Assembly (NCBI GenBank): GCA_052327205.1
Contig: CM126233.1
Coordinates: 36,146,001 to 36,210,000, forward strand
Direction: 5' to 3'
Length of the DNA: 64,000 nt
From: Somniosus microcephalus
Lineage: Eukaryota
Numbering within the stretch: position 1 is the stretch's first letter; every line of letters starts with the position of its first letter. Under the pieces are notes generated by a model. It saw only the letters and a list, made by a program, of their open reading frames with translations, was not told where the DNA came from and did not search any database. Of this stretch, positions 12,042-22,260 are shown one piece after another. The translations under genes and the position numbers were made by a program.

Positions 12042-12479
12042 TTCTTTAAGTAGATCTATGACAATATTTCCACATCCATTAAATAATAATGAGTAATTTG
12101 TTTTAAGCCATTTTTATATTACAAGAAAATTACTGTGCACTATATAATATTGTACAAAAATATGTCTGTTCACTTATCTTAGTAAATCATCCACAATATC
12201 AGCATTATAGCAATAGGACTTCACATCACAGCAAGCAGCCAGCATCTCGTGGTTTAGTGCATTGCACTGTGGAATAAGACTGCAACAGAGTTTATGTAGC
12301 CCTTTCAATTTAATGTTTGTGAATGGTTTTGGGTGCTGCACATTTCTCTCCTCTGCCTCCCCCCACCCCCTCTCCTCGACCACCTTCTCCCCAATTTTCT
12401 CCCCATCTCTCCCAAAGGCTTGACTCACTAGGGAACGTTTCCATGGGTGCTAGCTGCTCTCCAGTCTTTTGACAAATGT

Positions 12480-12815
12480 CTTCAGGTGCAAGCTTAGGCA
12501 AAGTGCGTTGATAGGCTATTTGACAACAGCAGGCATCACAATAAGTTTGATGCACTCCTAAATCGTCATCCACACGTGCATTTTTGCAACAGAAGTCACT
12601 GGATAGCAACTGGCGCAGGGACTCTGATTTCCACTCCTAATTTCACCACCAACCTCAGGGGCATGAAGGCCAACTGTAGTTCCACCTTGCCTGGAACTAG
12701 CTGACTCAGCTCAGACTGAGAATCAAACATAGGACCTCCTAGTCTGTATGGCTCATTGCTACCCTGCAGAATGCTTTTACTCACCAAGCCCTTGGGAGAA
12801 TCTCCTAAGTAGCAT
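12480..12815 (-). mobile_element. AmnSINE2-like SINE within the putative 3' UTR
   Basis: Blocks gtcactggatagc, gaggccaactgtag-like, agctgactcag and gtctgtatggctca shared with other copies. Confidence 0.6.
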
Positions 12816-14519
12816 TTCAATTAAAGATTTGACTGTGTGAATGGTTTCTGGGCACTACAGTTAATGCATAAGACAAGATTTGGAATGATAATACATTAGT
12901 GCAATGCAGCTACACATTATAAGGAGAGGGAAGAAGGGGAAGAGGAGATCATCATAACCCACTGAAGTGTCGTCATTTATTGTGAACTACCACTACACTT
13001 AATCTCAAAATGTGCAAACACTTCTGCAACTTTGTTTTTACCGAGTTAGAACAAAGCTCAATCATGACTGATCGATCACCGGGAATGCATGAAACTAATG
13101 ACTACCAGCACATTGCCAACAAATCAATGAGCGCGCCCCTGGTACTCTGGGGTAACTACGGCTATTCATTTAGAGTTTTTGCACAGTAAACTGTCACCAT
13201 TAAGAGTTGTGCAAAAGGATCAAAATGACCAGATTGATGTCTTCAACCTCAATTTTATTTGTACGATAGTGTGCTAATAATTTCTTCAAAAAAAAAACAC
13301 CCAGAACAGTATTAAGCTATTTTACCAGCTATTTCCCCCAGCCTTGCAACAAAAAAAATTTGGTTTGTGTTTTAACACAGTGGGGGTAGGAACACCAAAT
13401 GCTGGAACAAATACCACAGAATAGTGCTGATTTGTGGGGTAAACCATCCAGGGTTCAGCAAAAAGAGTCAGTCTAAAGTGCGTTGACAAACATGGGAACT
13501 TGGAGCGATTCAACAGTGAAAAGGTGTTTTGGGAATGGACGAACAAATCAGAGAGTCTAAATTAGTCACTTTTAATGGTGCAACAGGCAAGATTATCCCC
13601 TCCTTTCTCAGTCCAGAGCACACCAAATTATTTGTAAAATGGCCGTGCTTTAGAGGAAAGAGAAACACGGCACCAAACCAAGCGATCAGGTGCAGCACAG
13701 GTAGGAACGGAACTTGGGTATAAAGACTTGTACAAGGATTCGAGAATCACCCGTACAAGAGCAGACTGCTACAATGCAACACCATTTTAAGTATAGCTCT
13801 GCGTCCCCTTCCCTCCACCCCCCATCCCCAATATCCCACAATGCACTGCAAAAACATAGTAGTAGCGTAGGCAGTCATTTCCTCGCCTCATCCAACAAAG
13901 CACCGGGACAATCAACTCAGCTCAGGATTCCCCTGATGGACGCATACATACTGCTCGATTCCTTTACACATTAAGAGGTTGCATATTATCAAATCATGGT
14001 TTATAATAATATATATATTACAATTATTTACAATTACTTTTCATAAATTCATTGATTGACAATCATATACCTGCCCCCACCAAGGCCCACAATCATATTG
14101 CTTTATTAAAATAAAAGTCACATGGTGCCATCACTTTACACAAGTTCAAAGAAGCCACACTGAACCAGCACTGCTTAACAATTGGGATTTCAGTAATGCT
14201 TTTGCACCACTGTTTTAGTGCTCCAGATTCACAATAATAGAAGGGAAGAGAATATTGTGCATATTAAAATAGTGCAAAGTCAATAGTTGACACAATCATG
14301 ACTTATGTTAGCAAGGTTGTTACACTACACACGACATCCTCAGGGGTATAGAGTCCAGACCATAACTTCCATACTCAGGCCCGATTGACTTTGATTGATA
14401 GGGAACATTCTAATCATTTCATCTGAAAAACTTTAAATATTTAAACCCCCCAACTGCTCAACATGGTTTGCACAGTGTCAAAGTGGTGACTTTTTTCCCC
14501 TCATTGTAATTTTTCTCCC

Positions 14520-14790
14520 CTCATCTCCTGAATGTGTCAATTCTTAATGAGGTATGATTCTACGAAGGTTGGTTCACCTAGGTGGCCCTTCTCCATACGA
14601 AAGCCTAGTGAAAGTCAGCAGGTTTTCAGCAGTAGAGAGCATCACAGGTAAGTCCAGACCCATCCTTACCAGACACCCCCACACGTGCTCTTTCTAGCAG
14701 GGGTCACTGGGCAACAATCAGGAGCAGGGACCACGACAGACTTTGCAGCTTCCCTAATGCAGGAGTACCGAGGCCAATCAAAAAGAATGT
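14520..14790 (-). mobile_element. AmnSINE2-like SINE within the putative 3' UTR
   Basis: Contains ctagcaggggtcactgg..caatcaggagcaggga and gaggccaat blocks. Confidence 0.6.
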
Positions 14791-16299
14791 TATAATCAAG
14801 GATAGGGCTTCGATCACACAGTTCATGGGTAATGGTAATTTCAAATGAGGTCCAACAGAATCTCTCTCTCCATTTCACATGGCTTGTTAGAACTTTGTGC
14901 AAGGCTGTGATACAAGCACAATGCTTCACTGAAGACATCACTCCCATTTAGCAAGTTATCCTGCAGAACAAAATTAAGTTCCCCCCAACATGCACCACTG
15001 TATACTTCTACATCCTGTTTTAAAAAGAGTATTTTCAACTTTTAAAATTCACCCAAATTCTACCTATCCACTGGCAAGATGATATTCTGCTTTCAATTTT
15101 GGCTGAAGCCAACAATGCATTCCACCCTGCCACTCCCGGGCCCCCCAATCTCTACACTTGACAAGTTTGAAATCAGTCTCCTGCCCTATTAATTCAGGTG
15201 AAACCAGTAACTCAACATTTACACTGTTATAACTCAACATGAGTAATATGAAGTTGTGTGAAGGCATCATTTTCCCACTAGGATTTTGGTGAAGTGCAGC
15301 AGCAAGTGAGAGAGAAATGTTGATATATGTCCACTTGAACCGTGAGGGGAAAAACCCACCTACCTGTGCATTAAACATAGATTCTGTCCTTCTAGATTTG
15401 GGTGTTCCAGGGAGAGCATTTCTGCAACACTAGGATGAAGTACTAAAGGGTACTAAAGGGAACAAGTTTGCCACTGGCTGGGCAAGAGGTGGGAGCAATC
15501 TGAGGTGATGAATATGGCACAGCACGGATGTGCTGGTTTAAGTTTGATTTTTTTCTGTAGTGTATTAGTGCCATTATGCTAAATAAGCCTAGTGACAAAC
15601 CAATTGGGAATAAAAAAGGATCAGTAGCCCACTTCCAAATATAGAGCAAATGGATCGTTTGATGGGGTACAGAAATACACATCTATAGCAGATCCAACAA
15701 AGTTGTGAGTATTATTCTCTGACCAACCTTCGAGCTTTTCTTTCAAATGTTCAATGCTTAACATTTTTATCCATAATTGCTGATGCATTATAGAACCAAG
15801 AATAATGCAATTTTATAACGCGATTCTTCTGAGACAGTTGCCCTGCTGCATTCCAGGAAATCTGGATGTAATCAGTGAATCGCCCCGAGAGGGATCCAAT
15901 GGTCTGAAGGTTTTTTTTGTCCCAAAGTCCTGAACCCCCATTTCAGTTTAATACCCCCACTTGGGGAAAAAGACAACATTCCCCCCACCCGAATGATGTT
16001 TTGTGCTCATTGTATTTTCTTACAGACAGACATACAGCAGAGAAGATAAACATTTTTCACAGCTAATAGCCATAAATTTCAGCACAGCAGATTATCTTGG
16101 GTCAGGAGGCACGAATGGTAAAAGGGAAAAAATAAAATTGAAGTGACTAAGGAGGTAGCCGCACTGGCCAGAGGGTGGAAACTATAAAACGGTTCAGAAC
16201 AGGCCCTGTCCAAGGTTTTGTTTTGTAACTCTGCTAGTGTCCAGATTCCTGCAGCAGCAGGCATGCTCCGGTCAATTTCATGTTCATAACGGGGAGGAA

Positions 16300-17012
16300 T
16301 GTTGGTGCTTGGAAATGGAACACTTTCCATTTTAGATAGTCTTTGTCAGCATCAAACACTCCCACGGCGGGTACAGCACGGGTTAGATACAGAGTAAAGG
16401 TCCCTCTACACTGTCCCATCAAACACTCCCAGGGCAGGTACAGCACGGGTCAGATAGAGTAAAGCTCCCTCTACACTGTCCCATCAAACACTCCCAGGGC
16501 AGGTACAGCACGGGTTAGATACAGAGTAAAGCTCCCTCTACACTGTCCCATCAAACACTCCAGGGCAGGTACAGCACGGGTCAGATACAGAGTAAAGCTC
16601 CCTCTACACTGTCCCATCAAACACTCCCAGGGCAGGTACAGCACGGGTCAGATACAGAGTAAAGCTCCCTCTACACTGTCCCATCAAACACTCCAGGGCA
16701 GGTACAGCACGGGTCAGATACAGAGTAAAGCTCGCTTCACACTGTCCCTTCAATTGGCCTCGGCTACAGAACACCACCGCCTACTATAGCAGTATGACAT
16801 TTTCCCCCCATTTCCCACGCCAGCGTGACCTTTAAAATGAGATTGCCAATTTAGCACCTTGGGTCTGTGTCCACTCGGAATTAAATCAAGACTCCTTTCA
16901 ATTAAGGCCCTTACAACCAGATAGGAGACTGCGATCCCATCAGCCTGGGCTAGATTTGGGCTCAAGTGGCAGAGTGAAAGGACACTGTCTAACCCACTGG
17001 GTCACCCATTCC
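16300..17012 (-). mobile_element. LF-SINE-like tRNA-derived SINE with an internally amplified tail
   Basis: Minus strand: CCTTTCACTCT, AAATCTAGCCCAGG, GAAAGGAGT, TTCCGAGTGGACA, TTGGCAATCTCA, GAGGCCAATTGAAGGGACAGTGT...CCCGTGCTGTACCTG. These blocks are colinear with the LF-SINE consensus as I recall it. Related copies at 17470-17740 and 60880-61160. Confidence 0.55.
16351..16748. repeat. Minisatellite, 6 units of 65-67 bp
   Basis: Unit ATCAAACACTCCCAGGGCAGGTACAGCACGGGT(T/C)AGATACAGAGTAAAGCTCCCTCTACACTGTCCC starting at 16351, 16418, 16483, 16550, 16616 and 16683. Confidence 0.97.
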
Positions 17013-17469
17013 ATCAGTAATATTTTCTTTAAAATGCAGAGATGCCTAAATACTACTCCTTGGTGCATATTTAGAAAAATATGGTTCAACAAAAGTACTT
17101 GTGTACCTACAATTCCTGGATACCAAACTTATTGCAACAGACAGTACTCGTTAATAAGAAAATGTGAATCAATATTAAAAATCACATTTAGTGCCCAATT
17201 TCAGCCTGTTCAATTTGCTCTGCTTTACTGGCCAGCTGTGACAGCATTTCCTGATCAGGTTTCCCTGACAATATACAGTGCGCTTATAGCGAATTCCTTT
17301 GGTTAAAGTAACATGGCACTATTTGAAAATGACGCAGTGTTAAGTAGGAGCAGGAATTCTGGCAACTATACAAAGTGCTATTAAGGTGGGTTGCATTAAC
17401 AGCTCAGTAACTTGTGGTGTGCAATAAATATTTATACTACTTAGGGGGCATCTTTTGTGCCCGAAGTGG

Positions 17470-17740
17470 TGTTACTGCTCGGGAATTAGTTGGGCCAGGT
17501 AAGCCCTCTCTACTGCACTAAAATGAGACTTTTCCATTTCCTGCACCATCCTCTGGTCGGTCACGGTGAGAGCACCAATTCAGTGGGAGGTTTTGTGCTT
17601 TAGGCCTCATGTTATTTAGGATCCTATGCATGGGATCCTTACAGCTGGCAGGCAGGAGACCTTTGCCCCATCAGTCTAGCCTGGATTTGAGCCCGGGTCG
17701 CAAGTACGAAAGTATATCGTGCACTACATTACCAGTTCTC
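17470..17740 (-). mobile_element. Second LF-SINE-like copy (degenerate)
   Basis: ccttacag..ggagac..ccccatcag..gcctggatttgagccc aligns with 16909-16965. Confidence 0.5.
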
Positions 17741-17934
17741 TGCTGGAACTCCATAGCTCGTAAACAACTGGGTCACAAGTGAGTTGTTTAGATCGAGCAT
17801 ACAACAAATATAAAACTCTACTATATAGTGTGGTTCGTCTTCAACGTCTAATTATTTTATTTGCCCCAAAATTGAGAGTCCAATCTGCTCTGGAAAGGTG
17901 AAGTTCTTGCCGAAGAACCTAATTTTATTTTTAC

Positions 17935-18290
17935 TTCTTTCCTCTCCTGAAGTTGCTGACTGTTGCTGGGTGGCTGTTCCACAGGTGCTGTCAGCCTGTC
18001 GCTACCTCACCCAAGGGCCAATCTTCGTATCTGTCTTTCGATAGGAAGTATTATCAGGTTAGTCAGCCAGGCAGGTCTTCATGGCAAGCCCAAACTTGAC
18101 TCAAGACATCCACATGCACACTTTCAGCAGGAGGAACTCTGCTGGATTTGTTTCCCTCCCTAGCAACCACCCCCCCCCTCCCCCCCACACAGCACCCTAA
18201 CTCAGTGCAGACTAGGGATTGAATCTGGGAGCTTACTGGTCTGAATGCCTCAGCACCACACTGGGAGGAGATCCACCCAATGCATCAGAA
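17935..18290 (-). mobile_element. AmnSINE2-like SINE within the putative 3' UTR
   Basis: Blocks acctcacccaag.ggcca, cactttcagcagga and ctaactcagtgcagactagggattgaa. Confidence 0.6.
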
Positions 18291-18932
18291 TTCATGGAGA
18301 GAATTTTTTTTAATTAATCCAAACTTCAGTTAGAGTTCAGTAAGTGTTATAAGGGTGGAATTTAAAAAAAAAAAATAATTTTAAAGTGCAAAAATGGTAG
18401 CCCTTGAAACCAACGCTACTGCTACAACACAAAAACAGGTTATGACACTTTACTAAACATCAGTAAGGCTTCGGCTCCCTTCAATCATGTTGTGATTAAA
18501 ATAATTTTCTGAAGGTCTTCTAAACTGCAATTTCAAGTTCCTCACAATTAAATGATGTAAATTTACATTTCAATTTTGGACACAGATAATTTTGGGAGTC
18601 ATAAAATTTCCATCATTACTGATTTCATTGAATTGTAAAAAAAAACCATTCCATTCCACTTTACCATTCGATGGCCCTGACCAGGTTTTGCTGGGAACTG
18701 AAGTCACCAACGTACCTCAGTTAAGAGCTGTGAAAAATGCCCAATTTCCAGTATTGTCAACAGTTCAGATACAAGGGACTGTGTCCAACATCACTTCAAA
18801 TACCCACCTTCCAGATAAAAGTGGGTGTGTGGATTTCTTGTCCCCTAAAGACACCTTTCCCTGAAGTCCATGAAAATGAGACACACATAACCCTTCATTA
18901 GCAACGGGATGGAACATTTGAAAAGAGGAATA

Positions 18933-19501
18933 TTAGAGGACACTTTGTATTTTCTTTATAAATGCCATTCTCTCACATTGGCCCTCAACATCAAATTCTT
19001 CACAATCCGATTCGGATAAATCCCCGTCCTTCCAGGTGTCAGAAATTCCTTTGTAAGATATAATCTCTTTGCCGTTTTGTAGCGTGTAGACTTTGACTTT
19101 GCTGAACTGGAATCCTGACCGGACCTGAAGAACTATAAATATTATAAAAAATACCATTATAATGAAGGCACAGATGGTCAACGCAAACCAGACAGGTATA
19201 TGCGACTTGGTGAGCGGTTCAACAACTTCCTCATCCTCCAGGGGCGATTCCCTGCTGACTTGCATCTGGGGTGAGCAGCTCAGCTCAATTTCATTGTAGT
19301 GCGAGTGAGGGAGGCAGGAAAGGCAGCGATTGGCAGTAAACCCGTTACACGTGCGGCAAGAAGCATGACAAGGAAGGCAGGCCAACACTTGCAGAGATTC
19401 AACGGCGTTTTCCATGGGGCTTTCGATGAGTCCTTTATAAAAGCCCGGGGGACATTTTTCCACACAGCTTTGCTGATGCAGAAAAAATATACCTTCACAT
19501 T
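18933..19501 (-). CDS. FURIN: Furin last coding exon (exon 16 equivalent: Cys-rich region, TM helix, cytoplasmic tail, stop)
   Basis: AG at 19502-3; ORF 18933..19544 gives CEGIFFLHQQSCVEKCPPGF...CLPCHASCRTC...WFALTICAFIIMVFFIIFIVL...YKGI...SESDCEEFD...AFIKKIQSVL then TAA. Confidence 0.96.
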
Positions 19502-20309
19502 CTGAGAAGACAGAATAGGAGAGAAACAAATACTTCAGGAACAATTTCAGCAGTGATGACTCTTCAGCTATAGTGAGGCTCTAAACAGAGAAGGCAAAGG
19601 GATTCTGCCACGGTATAAAACACTCCCATCATTTAAGGTTAGATTGGATTGAAGTTCTAAAACAAGATCCAAGTGGCTCAGTCACAGATGGTGAGATTAA
19701 CTTTGGTTTAACAGACTGAAAGTTTGAGGAGTCTGTATAATATTTTAAACAAGACTCCATACATACTTTTACTGTGTTCACTTAAACAGTAAACAAACAA
19801 TTAGAGATTTTGACCGTACAAACTTCGGTTGAGTCTGCAGAGAACATTTAAAGCAGTATAATGAGGGTGAAGTACTGGTGACAGAGGAGAATGCAGTTTG
19901 AGGTAATGAATTAGGAGCAACAAAAATGAAGCATTTTAGTCTAAAATCCATTATGGTACTGGGTGGGTTCTTTGTATCACACTACATACGGGGTTAAAAG
20001 CCAGTTTCAATACAATATACCCAGATTATTGCTATTACAGGGGTTGAGGAAGGCGCCAAGGCATTCAATTCAACACAAGCATCTTGTTGGTTTTATGTGT
20101 ATATATAAATGTTTTTAGTAGGGCTTTAATTTTTCCCAGTTATTTTTAGAAAAGTATTTTTTGCTTATCTTATTCAAATTGAGTAGTCCATCTGAAGCCA
20201 TCAGCGAGCAACAAGACAGATCCTGGAGACTCTGTACGTTGTCAACAACAATGGGCCACTTTAAGGTTAATATTCAGGGAACTCATGTCAAATCCAATTT
20301 AGATTGCAG

Positions 20310-20950
20310 TTTAACATAGCAAATACAGGAACAGGAGGAGGCCATTCAGCCCCACAAACCTGTTTTGCCATTCAATTAGATTATGGTTGATCTGTACCTC
20401 AAATTTATTTACCTGCCTTTGTTCCATATATTTACCTGCCTTTGTTCCATATACCTTGATACGCTTACCTAACAAAAATCTATAGCTCAGTTTTAATAGC
20501 TCCAATTATCCCAGCAACCAGCCTATTGGGACAAGTTCCAGATTTTCACTATCCTTTGAAGAAGTACTCCCTGATTTCACTCCCAAGTAGCCTAGCTCTA
20601 ATTTTAAGATTATGCCTTCTTGTTCAGGATTCCCCCACCAGGAGAAATAGTTTCGACCCTCTTGAACCGCGATCAGTTTAAACCCTTCAATTAGATCAAT
20701 CTTCTAAACTCAAAAGGAATACAAGCCAAGTTTTTACAACCTGTCCTCATAATTTAACCTTTTAAGCACGTGTCATTCTGGTGAATTTGCAGTGTACCCT
20801 TCCAAGGAAAATATCTTTCCTGAGGTTTGGTGCCCAAAACTGAACAGAGCAGTCCAAATGGGATCCAACCCAAACTGTTGAATATACTTTTGAATTCCAA
20901 CCCCCTCGAGATACATGCCAACATTTAGTCTTGAACTTACTATGAGCACA
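20310..20950 (-). mobile_element. CR1 LINE 3' fragment
   Basis: HLDCSVQFWAPNLRKDI (ORF 20762..21073) and the CR1 3' UTR motif. Confidence 0.8.
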
Positions 20951-21209
20951 AGCAAGAAATCCAATGGTGTACCAAATGAGCTTGGTAACAGTACTAGCAG
21001 CTTGTTCTACATTTGCAAATGTGGCGCTGGAGCACCAGCGACAAACCAGGGCAAATACATATTTTAGTTTCAAATAAAAACCAGAAAGAAAACAAAATTT
21101 AAAATAAAACTAATTTGGGGAGACTTCATCCAACAGTCCTTGTGAAGCTGGACACAACCAATTCTCAATCCAGCAATTTAGTAAGCTCACTGACCTTGAG
21201 GCATGAAAT

Positions 21210-21400
21210 TTAAAAAGCACTGGAAATATTTAGAGGGTCCATTATTATAGGAAAAGGGAAAAGGATTAACATTCAGACGGAAACCCTTAGTCAGAACTTC
21301 TGATGCAGGGTCTGCACCCGATGTCTTAACCTATCTTCTCTTGGTGTGCAGTAACTGGATTTTGTTTTCATTCCAGATTTCCCACATTTGCAGTTTTTCC
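21210..21400. mobile_element. Degenerate palindromic Penelope-type mini-element
   Basis: ctggaaatatt...ttaacattcaga..cccttagtcagaa|ttctgatgcagggtc..cccga..ttaacc...ttcattccagattt; same architecture as 25664-25972. Confidence 0.5.
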
Positions 21401-21939
21401 ATTTTACAAGAAATCATTGAATAAGAATCAATCTCCTACTCTATTTTTAAAATCGACAGTAGGGAAAAAAGGGTAAAAATGTGAAACATATTATAAAAAA
21501 ACTCCAAGACAAATTAAAATGAGAAAATAACCTGTGAGCTTCAAAGAAACCCATAAACATTAAAAAAAAAAAAAAAACCACCTATTAAAAAGTTCCCCGT
21601 TGAAACATGGCTCAAAAGGAAATCAAAACACCAGATTCCCTTTTCACTAAAAACTACATAAAATGGATCAAAAAGCAGATAACCTGTGTGCTTTAAAATT
21701 CAATTCAAAACAAAGCTGAGGCATTGTTTCCAAACCGTTTAGCAAGCAGGTTATAACGAATGATAAATTTACAAAACGGAGCGGGCTGTATCTGCAACCT
21801 GTTCGGTAGACAGGAGCCTTTTAAAATGCTCAACAGGGTGCATAAATTAAAAACAAACTTTGAAGTTTTTCAAAGCATTTCCCAATTATTTTCTTGTGAT
21901 AAAATCCAGGTGCCTGCTTCAATTGCTAAAACTTAGCAA

Positions 21940-22260
21940 ACACAGGCCCTTCTGGTGTCTACCCAAGGAGCCATTCATTGTGTGAGCGCTGAGACACTGA
22001 ATGCTGGCAGGTTATTCAACCATGCAGAGCACTTCAGCGGAGCTCACTCCCGTCTTCACACGGTGTCAACATGCAGGAGTCATTGGAGATTAACCAGGGG
22101 CGGGAATCCTGCCTGATTTCCCCCCCGCCCTAGCCCAGAGATGTGGACCTCAATTGCAGCATCCCTATTGCTGTCCAGCTAACTGAACACAGACCAGGGA
22201 TGGAACCTGGACAATCTGATCTGAATGAACTGCATTTACCCACTAAGCCATCAAGGGGCT
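21940..22260 (-). mobile_element. AmnSINE2-like SINE
   Basis: Blocks gtgtgagc..agacactgaatgctggcagg.tattc, gcgggaatcctg.ctgattt and aacacagaccagggatggaacctgg. Confidence 0.65.

Larger units (their letters stand above)
12015..18932 (-). other. FURIN: Putative long (about 6.9 kb) furin 3' UTR
   Basis: Runs from the stop codon to ATTAAA (12036-12041), which is followed by a GU/U-rich downstream element. The terminal 130 nt resemble the human FURIN mRNA end as I recall it. Upstream AATAAA signals at 17856, 14102, 13254 and 12976 could give shorter isoforms. Confidence 0.6.

Noticed and set aside
16351-16748. CRISPR-like array
   Set aside because: The units are contiguous tandem copies with no unique spacers, there are no cas genes, and the context is vertebrate; it is a minisatellite.
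20405-20452. Short direct duplications (also about 36835-36878 and 32379-32412)
   Set aside because: Ordinary slippage duplications of 15-25 bp with no sign of function.
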